DNA of 64,000 nucleotides from Peptococcaceae bacterium (GTDB lineage Bacteria; Bacillota; UBA994), in the NCBI GenBank assembly GCA_018334055.1, contig JAGXSS010000052.1, positions 7,612 through 71,611 of the forward strand, read 5' to 3'. Positions 27,910 through 41,625 of the stretch are shown here, piece by piece. The notes below the pieces were generated by a model that saw only the letters and a program-made list of their open reading frames with translations, did no database searches and was not told the DNA's origin. Numbering within the stretch: the stretch's first letter is position 1; each line of letters starts with the position of its first letter. Both the position numbers and the translations under genes were made by a program.

Positions 27910-29232
27910 TCAATTTACTTTACGCTCGAGTGCAACGATGAAAAACCCGTCGATATTATGACGGTGGGGCCAGAAGTACCGTCCCCAAAGGGAATTAAGT
28001 GGGCTAAATTCCTCCCGCATGGCGAGCAAGTAATCCACTATTTCCTCGGTTTCCTCAGGCTCCGTAGTACAGACACTATACACCAAAATACCGCCCGGCG
28101 CGACCAAATCCGCTGCGCCAATAATTAAGTTGCGCTGCAAGTCCCGCATGGCGAAAATGTCCTGTTCCTGGCGATTAAGACGAATGTCGGGTTTGTGGCG
28201 CAACACCCCAAAACCCGTGCACGGAGCATCAAGGAGGACGCGATCGGCATCCGACACTACTTCATGTGCGCGCAGAGCGGGCAGCGCATGGGTAGTAATA
28301 CAAGAAAGTCCAAGCCGTCGGGCATTCTCATCCACGAGTCGAAGCCGTTTCGAGTTTTGGTCAAAGGCCAGCACCTCTCCCTGATTGCCCATCAGTGTCG
28401 CCAGATGCGTTGTCTTCCCCCCCGGAGCGGCACAGAGATCCACCACCTTCTGACGAGGTTCCACACGCATGTAGTGCCCACACATCGCCGAGGCCTCCCC
28501 CTGCACTTGGTAGTGCCCCTCTAGAAAGAGGTCGCCCTGAAAGGACGGCGTGGGCAGAGGGTAGAGGACTTCGGGGACAAATTCGCCTTTATTGCTGGTG
28601 ATACCCAGCAGAGAAAAATTGTCCCGCAATACGGCCACTGAGGTTTTCAAGGTGTTAACCCTAATGCAAAAACGGGGAGGCTCATTATTAATCGTTAGGA
28701 GCTGCTCGGTTTCATGACGACCGAGCCTGGCAAGATAGCGCCTCACCAAGAAAAGGGGGTGAGCGTGACGCATCGCCAAGTATAGCGCCTCGTCTTCCCT
28801 CTCATCCGGCCAGGACAATGCATTTTTTTGGGCGGCAAGGCGACGGAGTACGGCATTTACCAAACCGGCAGTGCCACGATGGCCAAATGCGCGGGCGAGA
28901 TTGACTGCCTCATCCACGGCGGCGCGGTCGGGCACACGGCTGAGGTACAAGATTTGATATGCGCCGAGCCGGAGAATGTTGCGTATACTGACAGGTAGTG
29001 TCGCTAGGGGGTGCTTCAAAAGAGTACCAAGCTGGTAATCTAAGGCCAATTGGTGACTGAGAGCACCATAAACAAGTTGAGTAAGCAGTGCCTTATCGGC
29101 ACCGCTTACGGTCTCATAACCCTTGTCACCGACCAGAGCTAAGTTAGCGTAGGCCTTGTCTACCTCTACCGACATAAGCACACGCAAAGCTAACATGCGC
29201 GCATTTGCCACTTTAATCCCTTCTGCTCCCAC
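27910..29232 (-). CDS. rsmB: 16S rRNA (cytosine967-C5)-methyltransferase RsmB (Sun)
   Basis: N-terminal NusB-like domain plus a SAM MTase domain (DLCAAPGGKT, PCTG). Confidence 0.9.
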   Translation of the reverse strand: MGAEGIKVANARMLALRVLMSVEVDKAYANLALVGDKGYETVSGADKALLTQLVYGALSHQLALDYQLGTLLKHPLATLPVSIRNILRLGAYQILYLSRVPDRAAVDEAVNLARAFGHRGTAGLVNAVLRRLAAQKNALSWPDEREDEALYLAMRHAHPLFLVRRYLARLGRHETEQLLTINNEPPRFCIRVNTLKTSVAVLRDNFSLLGITSNKGEFVPEVLYPLPTPSFQGDLFLEGHYQVQGEASAMCGHYMRVEPRQKVVDLCAAPGGKTTHLATLMGNQGEVLAFDQNSKRLRLVDENARRLGLSCITTHALPALRAHEVVSDADRVLLDAPCTGFGVLRHKPDIRLNRQEQDIFAMRDLQRNLIIGAADLVAPGGILVYSVCTTEPEETEEIVDYLLAMREEFSPLNSLWGRYFWPHRHNIDGFFIVALERKVN

Positions 29233-29902
29233 GCAACAACACTAGCCGCAAAAGATTCGCCAAGGCCACCGCAGTAGCGGCCAGGTAGGTATAGCCCGCC
29301 GCCCTGAGCATGTTTTTCACGGGTTCCTCCTCCTCGCGGGTCACATAGCCTCCTGCGCTGAGCAATTCCACCGCACGGGTGCTGGCATTGAACTCCACGG
29401 GCAAGGTAACAATTTGAAAGAGCACGGCACCGGCAAAGAGCAGTATCCCAATATCCATGAACAACACATTGTTAAAAAACAACCCCGCAATAAACAGGGG
29501 GAAGGCCGCGCTGGAGCCAAACCCCGCCAGTGGTAGGATTGCACTGCGGAGAGCGAGAGGGGCATAGCCTTCTTGGTGCTGTAAAGCATGCCCAGTTTCA
29601 TGGGCTGCTACTCCTAGGGCTGCCACACTAGAGCCAGAGTAGACCTCCCTAGAAAGACGCACTGTGCGCGTGCGAGGGTCATAATGGTCCGTGAGAGTCC
29701 CAGCAACCTCCTCAACACGTACATCGGAAATCCCAGCATGGCTCAACAGCTCCCGCGCGACATCCGCACCGGTGCGACCTGAGCGCACGCGCATGGCTCG
29801 ATACTTCTGATAGGCACCTTGCATTTTGAGTTGAGACCCAAACGCCAAAAGCATCGCCAACACCATCAGTGCCATCCCAATCGGGGTATTTATCCAAAAC
29901 AT
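29213..29902 (-). CDS. membrane zinc metallopeptidase (YugP-like, HExxH)
   Basis: HETGHALQH zincin motif with flanking TM helices. Confidence 0.8.
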   Translation of the reverse strand: MFWINTPIGMALMVLAMLLAFGSQLKMQGAYQKYRAMRVRSGRTGADVARELLSHAGISDVRVEEVAGTLTDHYDPRTRTVRLSREVYSGSSVAALGVAAHETGHALQHQEGYAPLALRSAILPLAGFGSSAAFPLFIAGLFFNNVLFMDIGILLFAGAVLFQIVTLPVEFNASTRAVELLSAGGYVTREEEEPVKNMLRAAGYTYLAATAVALANLLRLVLLRGSRRD

Positions 29903-29915
29903 TACAACTACCTCC

Positions 29916-30854
29916 TTAGGAAAATTGAGAACTCCTCACGCCACCCTTAAGGTAGCCGCGGGCAAATTCGATACCCGTCATGACGCGCTTGCCGGCTGGC
30001 TGCACCTCCAGCAACTCCAAGAGCCCCTTCCCCGTGCCCACAAGCAGGGCGCGGCCCGCTGCCCTCACCTCCCCTGGACCAAGCGACATGGCATCTGTGA
30101 CCATTCTAGAGCGTAAAATTCTTACATACTGCCCCGCACAAGAAGTATAGGCCAAGGGCCAAGGATTCAGACCACGGATGAGATTATGAATGGCTGCGGA
30201 CTCTAGGTGCCATGGAAGCTTCCCATCTTCTTTACAGATGTTCCGCGCATAGGTCGCCAAGGCGTGCTGCTGGGGGGCGCGCAGACTTTCCCCCCTGTCC
30301 GGCATCGCTAAAACATCTAAAATCAGTTTGGCACCCAGTGAGGACAAAAGGGCCGTAATGTCGCCGGTAGTGGCCTCACTCTCAATCGGTAGTTTTTCCT
30401 GTAGCAGGATATCGCCCGTGTCTAGCCCGCTGGCCATGTGCATGATGGTCACGCCGGTTTCATGCTCGCCGTTCATGATTGCCCAATGCACCGGTGCACC
30501 ACCCCGATAACGCGGCAACAAGGAGGCATGGATATTGAGACAGCCGTTAGCAGGAATGCGGAGCACTCTCGGTGGCAGTAACTGGGCGTAGGCGGCGACG
30601 ACAATAATTTCCGGCTGAAGACTCTGCAGGTGCTCTTGAACTGACTTGTCGCGGAGAGTCAGGGGCTGCACTATGGGCAGACACAATCGCTCTGCCGCTA
30701 CTTTGACCGGCGGCGGTGAGAGCACTCGCCCACGACCAGCCGGCCTATCCGGCTGGGTAAACACGGCCGAAATGAGGTAGCCTGCCTCCACCAAAGCTAA
30801 AAGAGGTCCGACGGCAAAATCCGGACTTCCCATGTAGACGAGATTTTTACTCAT
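29916..30854 (-). CDS. fmt: methionyl-tRNA formyltransferase
   Basis: MSKNLVYMGSPDFAV N-terminus and the formyl-transferase fold. 8-nt overlap with def. Confidence 0.9.
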   Translation of the reverse strand: MSKNLVYMGSPDFAVGPLLALVEAGYLISAVFTQPDRPAGRGRVLSPPPVKVAAERLCLPIVQPLTLRDKSVQEHLQSLQPEIIVVAAYAQLLPPRVLRIPANGCLNIHASLLPRYRGGAPVHWAIMNGEHETGVTIMHMASGLDTGDILLQEKLPIESEATTGDITALLSSLGAKLILDVLAMPDRGESLRAPQQHALATYARNICKEDGKLPWHLESAAIHNLIRGLNPWPLAYTSCAGQYVRILRSRMVTDAMSLGPGEVRAAGRALLVGTGKGLLELLEVQPAGKRVMTGIEFARGYLKGGVRSSQFS

Positions 30855-31326
30855 TGCCGGGAGGCACTGACGGATCTTTTTCGAGCATACGGGTGGCGAT
30901 GTCGCAAAAGAGAACCCCGTTAAGATGATCGATCTCATGTTGCAGACACCGAGCCAAAAGCCCTTCTGCTGCTACTTCAATGGCTTCGCCATGAATATTC
31001 TGCGCCTTAACTCTAATCGATGCTCGGCGCTTGACTTCACCGAAGTTACCGGGCCAGCTCAAACATCCCTCTACGTCCGATTCTTCACCACTGGCCCAGA
31101 TAATTTCGGGGTTGACCAAAGCTAACTTTTGTTCGTCAACTTCGACCACTATAATGCGCTTGGCAATACCCACTTGCGGTGCCGCCAAGCCAATGCCGTG
31201 GTGGTGATACATTGTTTCAAACATATCATGAACGAGTCGCTGCAAGGTGCTGTCAAACCGAGTGACCGTCTTGGCACTAGACTGCAGTATCTCGTCGCCC
31301 CGTTCTCTCATCAAGCGAACTGCCAC
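30847..31326 (-). CDS. def: peptide deformylase
   Basis: Motifs GIGLAAPQVG, EGCLSWPG and HEIDHLNG. Confidence 0.9.
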   Translation of the reverse strand: MAVRLMRERGDEILQSSAKTVTRFDSTLQRLVHDMFETMYHHHGIGLAAPQVGIAKRIIVVEVDEQKLALVNPEIIWASGEESDVEGCLSWPGNFGEVKRRASIRVKAQNIHGEAIEVAAEGLLARCLQHEIDHLNGVLFCDIATRMLEKDPSVPPGNE

Positions 31327-31338
31327 TCTATCACCCCT

Positions 31339-33324
31339 TCAATTAATAATAATATACCAGTGGGCGAGCGTTGAACAGAGGACCTCTATCTCCGCCTTTT
31401 TTTTTCTTAAAATTTCTTGCAGAAACTTTCTGCTCCTACCTTTAACCCCAATTTGGTGTCTGTAGACATCGCGCACTTTTTCTGGGGACTCCGCCACCGG
31501 GCCGAGAATCGTCAGATGCGGGTCTTGAGCTAGGAGCTTAGCCACTTGGGTCGTAGCCTCCCGCATTTTCAAGAGGTCTCTACTGCGAAAGCAGAGCGTC
31601 GCTAGGCCGCCATATGGTGGGTAGCTGAGCTTGCGGCGGAGTTTGCTTTCGAGCTTGAAAAAGGATAAAAAGTCGTGTTCCCGCGCGAAGCGCAAGCAGT
31701 AATGGTCGGGGTTAAATGCTTGTATGAAGACCATGCCCTTGTGCTGTCCGCGCCCGGAGCGTCCGGCCACCTGCATCAATAGGTGGAAGCTATCCTCCAC
31801 GGCGCGAAAATCCGGGAAAAACAATCCGCTGTCGGCATCAATTACGCCGACTACGGTGACACTCGGAAAGTCAAGCCCCTTGGCAATCATGCGTGTGCCA
31901 AGGAGAATTTGCGAACTATGGCTCCCAAACTCAGTGAGCAGGCGCTGATGAGAGCCTTTCTTGCTGGTGGTATCTCGATCTAAGCGAGTGATGCGGTAAT
32001 CAGGAAAGAGCTCACCGACTTCTTGCTCGAGCTTCTCTGTTCCAGCTCCCCTGCTATGCATATTCCTGCCTCCACATTTTGGACACGAAGGTTCGTTTCC
32101 CTTGGTAAAACCACAATAATGACATTTTAATATGCTCGAACCGTGGTGTAAGCGCAGGCTGACATCACAATGCGGGCAAGTCGGGATGTGCCCACAGTCA
32201 TGGCACAGAGATAGTTGGGCGTAGCCACGGCGATTGAAAAGCAATAATGCCTGCTCCCCATGCGCCAGTCTTTCGGCCATCATGAGGCGAAGAGGAGCAG
32301 AGATCAACCCCTTAATACCGGAGCGTAATTCTTCACGCATATCGACTATTTTCACTTCGGGCAGCAGACTGCCGCCGGGGCGACTAGGAAGATTAAGCAA
32401 GGTGGTCTGCCCCCGCAAAGCGGAGGCGTAAACTTCAAGAGATGGTGTGGCACTCCCTAAGAGCAAGAAGCCCCCTGCTCTGCGCACCCGAAGCTGAGCC
32501 ACAACGCGGGCGTGAAAATTGAGGCCGCCCTCATGCCGATAGCTAGCCTCATGCTCCTCGTCGATGATGATCAAACCGAGATTAGGCACCGGGGCAAAGA
32601 CAGCTGAACGTGCCCCCACCACTATCTCGACTTTCCCCTGCGCAATGTTTTGCCATGTTCTCGCTCGCTCGCCCGGCGAACGCGAGCTGTGTACTACAGC
32701 TACTTTATTGCCAAACCGTGACACCACTGCCGCGATGGCTTGTGGCGTTAGCGAAATTTCTGGGACTAGGTAGATGACCTGTTTTCCTTTGGCGATAACC
32801 AGCGATAAGGCCCGCAAATAGACTTCTGTCTTGCCACTGCCTGTTACGCCATGTAACAAGTAAGGCTTGGTCTCGGCTCCATCTAGCGCAGCTTTAATGG
32901 CCTGAATCGCCAAGGCCTGGTCCTCGGTCAACTCCACTGGTGGCTGACGAATCAGATGCGTTGCCAGCTCTTCTGGTTCTTCCTTGGGGGGCCGCTTTAA
33001 GCCGCCTACCTCTTTAGAGGCGAAAGGAACGGGGAGCATCAGGGAGAGGACTGCGCCTAAGGAACAGAGGTAGTAGTCGGCGATGACCTGCGCCAGGTCC
33101 AGCAGGTCCCTAGATAACCATGGATACCCCGCATATAGCGAGCCATGTATTTCTTTCACCGTACCAGGGTCAAGCTCAGTCTGGGCGCTGTGGCCAATGA
33201 CGATGGCCGTGGCTTTCCGCCCGCCAACCTCTACTTTAACTAGGCTGCCAAGCTCCGCCTCACCACGATACGTGAGGCCACGCCCAAAGAGAGCCCCGAC
33301 ATTACATATAACTTGCAGGTACAT
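31339..33324 (-). CDS. priA: primosomal protein N' (PriA helicase)
   Basis: Walker A GVTGSGKT, DEEH box, and a Cys-rich Zn-binding insertion (CHDCGHIPTCPHC...CHYCG...CPKCG). 661 aa with a short N-terminal region. Confidence 0.9.
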   Translation of the reverse strand: MYLQVICNVGALFGRGLTYRGEAELGSLVKVEVGGRKATAIVIGHSAQTELDPGTVKEIHGSLYAGYPWLSRDLLDLAQVIADYYLCSLGAVLSLMLPVPFASKEVGGLKRPPKEEPEELATHLIRQPPVELTEDQALAIQAIKAALDGAETKPYLLHGVTGSGKTEVYLRALSLVIAKGKQVIYLVPEISLTPQAIAAVVSRFGNKVAVVHSSRSPGERARTWQNIAQGKVEIVVGARSAVFAPVPNLGLIIIDEEHEASYRHEGGLNFHARVVAQLRVRRAGGFLLLGSATPSLEVYASALRGQTTLLNLPSRPGGSLLPEVKIVDMREELRSGIKGLISAPLRLMMAERLAHGEQALLLFNRRGYAQLSLCHDCGHIPTCPHCDVSLRLHHGSSILKCHYCGFTKGNEPSCPKCGGRNMHSRGAGTEKLEQEVGELFPDYRITRLDRDTTSKKGSHQRLLTEFGSHSSQILLGTRMIAKGLDFPSVTVVGVIDADSGLFFPDFRAVEDSFHLLMQVAGRSGRGQHKGMVFIQAFNPDHYCLRFAREHDFLSFFKLESKLRRKLSYPPYGGLATLCFRSRDLLKMREATTQVAKLLAQDPHLTILGPVAESPEKVRDVYRHQIGVKGRSRKFLQEILRKKKAEIEVLCSTLAHWYIIIN

Positions 33325-33332
33325 TCGACATG

Positions 33333-33530
33333 CTACTTTGCTCCCTGATTTGACCGCTGATAAGTAATAGTCCCTTGATCAATCTCTTGCAGAGCCACGG
33401 TTACAGGTTTACTCACCGCGCTCTTAGGGTTCTGCGCTAGTTCACGCGCCCTTTTCGATGCGGCGATTACCAAGGTGTACTTACTATCCACTCTTTTTAA
33501 AAGCTTATCGACAGATGGCCAAATCATCAT
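33333..33530 (-). CDS. rpoZ: DNA-directed RNA polymerase subunit omega
   Basis: 65 aa. PSVDKLL...KYTLVIAASKRAREL omega signature. Confidence 0.85.
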   Translation of the reverse strand: MMIWPSVDKLLKRVDSKYTLVIAASKRARELAQNPKSAVSKPVTVALQEIDQGTITYQRSNQGAK

Positions 33531-33543
33531 CTTGCCATACCCC

Positions 33544-33837
33544 CTATTCGTCTAATTCCGTTTTCTCTGCCTTTTCCTCCGGATCCGCTTCAAATTTACT
33601 GTCTTTCACTACTAGGCGATGGGCAACAGTCTCCGGCTGGATTGCAGAAAGGATGACGTGACCGCTATCGGTAATTATCACGGCCCGAGTGCGCCTGCCG
33701 TAAGTTGCATCAACCAGCATGGCGCGGTCCCTGGCCTCTTGGATGACCCTTTTAATCGGGGCAGATTCCGGGCTGACAATCGCTACCATACGATTAGCAG
33801 CGACAATATTGCCAAAGCCAATGTTCACCAGTCGCAT
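33544..33837 (-). CDS. remA: DUF370 regulator RemA/YlzA
   Basis: [14 protein letters not shown]...[10 protein letters not shown]...[19 protein letters not shown], near-identical pattern to B. subtilis RemA. Confidence 0.8.
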   Translation of the reverse strand: MRLVNIGFGNIVAANRMVAIVSPESAPIKRVIQEARDRAMLVDATYGRRTRAVIITDSGHVILSAIQPETVAHRLVVKDSKFEADPEEKAEKTELDE

Positions 33838-33870
33838 CTCCATAAATTTCAAGACCCCTCTTCCCCTGTA

Positions 33871-34746
33871 TTATTCTAAATTTTGCACTTGTTCCCGCAC
33901 TTTCTCAAGTTCACCCTTAATTTCCACCACGAGCTGACTAATGGTCGCATCCTGCGATTTGCTACCGATGGTGTTGACCTCTCGGTTCATTTCTTGTATG
34001 TAAAAGTCCATTTTACGCCCGATGGCCTGGGTTGATTGCAAAAAGTTGCCGAAATTATCAAGGTGCGCTCTCAAGCGCACAACTTCCTCGACGATACTGG
34101 CGCGATCAGCAAAAATCGCCACTTCCACTTCTAGCCTGCCAGGATCAACCATCAAGTCATTCGTCAGGACCTTAATGTTGTCCTGCAATCTTTGCCGATA
34201 CATTTCTATAGAAATGGAAGCTCTTTCATTAATGCGGTCAACCCACTGCTTGATGAGCCCCATCCGCATGAATATATCTGCTTTTAATCGCTCCCCCTCG
34301 ACAAGGCGCGACTCAATTAAGGCCTGTGTAGCTTGTCTGACGATAATCCGCAGTTCCTCGATGATCTCGCCGTTATCAGAGAGAGGCTCTGGCTCAAGCA
34401 CCACTCCCGGCAAAGCCAAGAGCTGCTCCATGGTCACTTCAGGCCTTAGCGCCAAGCGTTCGGCAATAGCCAATAATCTATCGCGATACTCGGTCGCTTG
34501 TTCAATGCTGAACTCCGCTCCCCTGTGTTTTTGCGTCCTCGCTGCCAGCTTTATCGAAACTTCGATTCTTCCACGCGCCACATGCTCGCGGAGAGAGGCC
34601 TTTACATCCTCCTCTAAGTATAGCAGGTCTCTAGTTATACGCATCGCAAAATCCAAGTAGCGGTGGTTAACACTCTTCAGCTCAACACTCACCTGTCCCA
34701 CACTGGTGCTTCCACTGGACCTACCAAAGCCTGTCATACTCCGCAT
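33871..34746 (-). CDS. yicC: YicC-family endoribonuclease (YloC)
   Basis: MRSMTGFGR start and a C-terminal DUF1732 region (EMNREVNTIGSK). Confidence 0.85.
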   Translation of the reverse strand: MRSMTGFGRSSGSTSVGQVSVELKSVNHRYLDFAMRITRDLLYLEEDVKASLREHVARGRIEVSIKLAARTQKHRGAEFSIEQATEYRDRLLAIAERLALRPEVTMEQLLALPGVVLEPEPLSDNGEIIEELRIIVRQATQALIESRLVEGERLKADIFMRMGLIKQWVDRINERASISIEMYRQRLQDNIKVLTNDLMVDPGRLEVEVAIFADRASIVEEVVRLRAHLDNFGNFLQSTQAIGRKMDFYIQEMNREVNTIGSKSQDATISQLVVEIKGELEKVREQVQNLE

Positions 34747-34814
34747 AGCCATCTCCCCCGTCCGACAATTCACGCCTGCATCTTGGGTATAGTATACCTT
34801 CTCTGCCCAGAATA

Positions 34815-37469
34815 TCAAGGGCGGCGCCTGCGCCTCATATGCAGTACAAGTCTATTCAGGCCGACCAAGAGTGTCGGGAGACCGGCGGCCATTAACACAA
34901 TAACCCACTCCCTACTATGGAGGGGTGCGCTTCCTAGGGCCGCGCGGAGAGGGGGGAAGTATATGGATAAAAGCAAGAGCCAGAGCGAAACCAGCACCGA
35001 GATGAGCAAGAAGGGGTTCGTTACTAAACCTTTTTCAGCTATACCAAGCACCTCCGAGCGGCAGTCAAAGACATGTAGCAACTGACACATGACCAATGTC
35101 GCGAAGGCCATCGTCCGGGCGACCTTTAGATCACGGGTTAGGGTGAGACCTATGACAAAAACCAACATGGTCGAAAGACCAATCAAGAAACCCCGTGCTA
35201 CTACCTTGCGGCCCAAACCCCGACTAAATATTCCTTCATCCCGAGGGCGAGGCCGGCGCTGCATAATGTTCTTGTCCGTAGTATCCACTCCGAGGGCTAA
35301 AGCGGGCAGGCCGTCGGTCACTAGATTCACCCAGAGAATTTGCATCGGCTGCAGCGGCAAGGGAAGACCCACCGCCATCGTGACCACAACAGATACCAGC
35401 TCCCCAACATTACAGGCCAACAGGTAGCGAACGAATTTGCGAATGTTATCGTAAATTCCACGTCCCTCGCGGATGGCCCGGACTATGGTGGCAAAGTTGT
35501 CATCCTGCAGCACAAGCTGGGAGGCCTCGCGAGCAACCTCTGTGCCACACAGACCCATGCTGATGCCAATGTCCGACTCCCTTAGGGCAGGAGCGTCATT
35601 GATGCCGTCCCCTGTCATGGCTACCACATGGCCCTGTCTTTGCAGGGTCCTGACGATGCGCAATTTATGGAGCGGTGAAACCCGAGCGTAGATGTTCGCC
35701 ACAGCTATTTTGTCCCAAAGTTCTGCGTCCGTCATGGTTTCAATCTGTGTCCCTACTACTACTTCGCCTGGGCCACTGACCAACCCAATTTCCTGGGCTA
35801 TCGAAAGTGCGGTCAAGGCATGGTCGCCGGTTATCATGATGACTCTAATGCCGGCCAGACGGCATTGTTTGAGTGCATCCCTGACTTCGGGACGTGGGGG
35901 GTCGTGCATGGCGATGAGGCCGGCAAAGGTGAGGTTGCTCTCTAATTCGTCGACGTTTTCGTTGTCGTTTGCGCCACTATATTCTCTAAACGCCACCCCC
36001 AGAACCCGGAGCCCCCGTGCTGCAAACTCGGCGTTTTTGCGCTCTAGGCTCTGTTTATAGGCGGGAGATATGCTGATTGTCCTTTCGTGAGCGAGAACAT
36101 TTTTACATTTCGCCAAGACGCTTTCCGGTGCGCCCTTAGTGTACACCCACCGTTTTCCCATTTGGTCGCTAACTAATACGCTCATGGTCTTGCGCACCGA
36201 ACAAAAGGGAATGGTAAAAAAAACCTTGTCCGTTACTGTCATTTTGACCCTTGCCAACGCCAAGAGGAGTGCGCCTTCAGTCGGATCGCCCACTACTGTG
36301 GGAGGCTCAATAGTCAGCAACTTGGCGGTCCCACAGGTAGCCCCCACCTTGAGGGCTAGTGTTGTGGCGTCACTAAGCTTAGGCGGAAGCAATGATGCTT
36401 CCCTGACGAGATGGAAGGATTCTCCCCCCGCATAAACGTCTGTCACCGACATCTGGTTCATCGTGAGAGTACCCGTCTTGTCAGAACATATCACCGTCGC
36501 GCTGCCCAAGGTCTCAACCGCCGGCAAACGGCGCACTAGGGCCTTCACTTTAGAGATTCGATGGACACCTAGAGCCAAGACGATGGTCACCATCGTCGAC
36601 AACCCTTCAGGAATAGCTGCCACGGCCAGACTCACCCCTGCTAGGAACATGCGGTGCAGTGGCTCCTCGCGTAGATAGCCCAACACCACCACGACCGTAC
36701 AGACTGCCAGGCAGGCCACGACCAGGTAAGTACCTAATTGTCGAAACTTGTTCTGGAGCGGGGTTGGCTTTTCTTCAACTTCAAGGTGCGAGGCAATACT
36801 ACCCACCTCGGTGTTCATCCCAGTGGCTGTGACAACTCCTACCGCATACCCTTTGGTCACCAAGGTGCCAAAGTAGACCATCGAATGACGTTCCGACAAA
36901 GGTGCCTCTAAACAGACTGGTGTCACCACCTTCCGCAAAGGCACGGATTCCCCAGTCAGTGAAGCCTCGTCTACTTCGCAAGAGTACGCCTGGCCTAAAC
37001 GAATGTCGGCCGGTACTCTATCGCCTGCCTGCAGCACGACGATATCGCCCGGCACTAGGCGCATACTCTCCAAAGCATACTCCTTCCCACCCCGCCGCAC
37101 GGTAGACCTAGGTACTTCTAGTTTTTTTAGGGCTTGCATGGCTCTTTCCGCCCTAAGCTCATGGAACAATCCTAACGCCGAGTTAAGGATAACAATGGCG
37201 ATAATCGTTAACGCATCGGCATATTCCCCTAACAGGCCGGAGATAAGTGTGGCCATAAGCAAAATGACGGTCATGAGATCTTTGAACTGGGCAATAAACA
37301 TGACTAAGACACTTGGCCCCTTCTTGGCAACCAGAAGGTTCATCCCATAGGAGGCAAGTCTTTTATCGGCCTCGCGTTCTTCTAGCCCTCCTAGGCGCGA
37401 GCAGAGCAGACCCAAAACCTCACCATATTCCAAACAATGAAAACTAGACTGGCGAGTCAAATAAAACAC
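34815..37469 (-). CDS. yloB: P-type Ca2+-transporting ATPase (YloB-like)
   Basis: Motifs DKTGTLT, TGDN and GDGxND, 10 TM helices, N-terminal cation-ATPase domain. Confidence 0.9.
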   Translation of the reverse strand: MFYLTRQSSFHCLEYGEVLGLLCSRLGGLEEREADKRLASYGMNLLVAKKGPSVLVMFIAQFKDLMTVILLMATLISGLLGEYADALTIIAIVILNSALGLFHELRAERAMQALKKLEVPRSTVRRGGKEYALESMRLVPGDIVVLQAGDRVPADIRLGQAYSCEVDEASLTGESVPLRKVVTPVCLEAPLSERHSMVYFGTLVTKGYAVGVVTATGMNTEVGSIASHLEVEEKPTPLQNKFRQLGTYLVVACLAVCTVVVVLGYLREEPLHRMFLAGVSLAVAAIPEGLSTMVTIVLALGVHRISKVKALVRRLPAVETLGSATVICSDKTGTLTMNQMSVTDVYAGGESFHLVREASLLPPKLSDATTLALKVGATCGTAKLLTIEPPTVVGDPTEGALLLALARVKMTVTDKVFFTIPFCSVRKTMSVLVSDQMGKRWVYTKGAPESVLAKCKNVLAHERTISISPAYKQSLERKNAEFAARGLRVLGVAFREYSGANDNENVDELESNLTFAGLIAMHDPPRPEVRDALKQCRLAGIRVIMITGDHALTALSIAQEIGLVSGPGEVVVGTQIETMTDAELWDKIAVANIYARVSPLHKLRIVRTLQRQGHVVAMTGDGINDAPALRESDIGISMGLCGTEVAREASQLVLQDDNFATIVRAIREGRGIYDNIRKFVRYLLACNVGELVSVVVTMAVGLPLPLQPMQILWVNLVTDGLPALALGVDTTDKNIMQRRPRPRDEGIFSRGLGRKVVARGFLIGLSTMLVFVIGLTLTRDLKVARTMAFATLVMCQLLHVFDCRSEVLGIAEKGLVTNPFLLISVLVSLWLLLLSIYFPPLRAALGSAPLHSREWVIVLMAAGLPTLLVGLNRLVLHMRRRRRP

Positions 37470-37541
37470 CCCCCTACCTCCTAACTCTATTCACCTTGTG
37501 CGGAGAAAATGAACAGGTTAAGATAGGAGAAGCGAGAGGAG

Positions 37542-40780
<3,239 letters not shown>

Positions 40781-40784
<4 letters not shown>

Positions 40785-41224
40785 TGCAACTCTGACCTTA
40801 TAGTAAGTAGAACCAGCGAAACAGCACCGATGACAATGGCAGAATCAGCTATGTTGAACACCGGCCACCACCCCACCTCAATGAAGTCAACCACATACCC
40901 AAGCCGGACACGGTCTACTAAGTTGCCCAATGCGCCACCCATTAATAGTCCGCCTCCGTGCATGGCCACGGGACCAGCCTGAAAAAAATCTTTGCGCCAT
41001 ATTATGAGGACAACCACAATCACCAGCACCGCCAAAATGAAGACCATGCGCTGCCCGGCGAAAAGACCAAACGCGGCACCGAAATTGTGCACATAGGTGA
41101 TGGCGACAATGTTGAACAATATCGGAATAGATTCCCCATACGCTAAGTTAGTTACCACGAGGAACTTGGTCACTTGATCAAAGAGCAAGACTAGAGTCAT
41201 TATCAATATCGACACGGTCAACAC
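40781..41224 (-). CDS. lspA: lipoprotein signal peptidase II
   Basis: 4-TM peptidase A8 with conserved Asp residues (FNIADSAI). GTG start with GGAGGG RBS. Confidence 0.9.
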
Positions 41225-41313
41225 GCGAACCCTCCGCTTTTCTCAACTAGTCCTTGTCGTTCTAGCAACCTTGATTCCACTTTGGCGAACCGGTCATTGG
41301 CCTACGTAACTAG

Positions 41314-41604
41314 CTAACGGTCGAGTTCTATGCGCACTAAACGCACTATCTCAGCAATGACATCGCTTATTAGGGGGAGGTTCAAGATGGCAATCTGGCT
41401 GAGGAGGTAGAGTAAAGCCGCCGCTAGCAGGCTTCCGCCGAAGGCAAAGCCCAAACCACGCCCCATCCCTGCCAAGAAATTAACCCAAAAAAGGCGCCAT
41501 GGGTTGTTCATGAGCGCTACATATTCAGCGAGCTTCATGCGCTCAAATTGATAAATTAGCGTCCTCAGCCTTTCTTCCACGGCCTGTCGCAGATCATTCC
41601 CCAT
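41314..41604 (-). CDS. small membrane protein of unknown function
   Basis: 96 aa with one or two hydrophobic helices. No recognisable catalytic motif. Confidence 0.6.
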   Translation of the reverse strand: MGNDLRQAVEERLRTLIYQFERMKLAEYVALMNNPWRLFWVNFLAGMGRGLGFAFGGSLLAAALLYLLSQIAILNLPLISDVIAEIVRLVRIELDR

Positions 41605-41625
41605 CTCTACCCCCCTAATGTTCAG

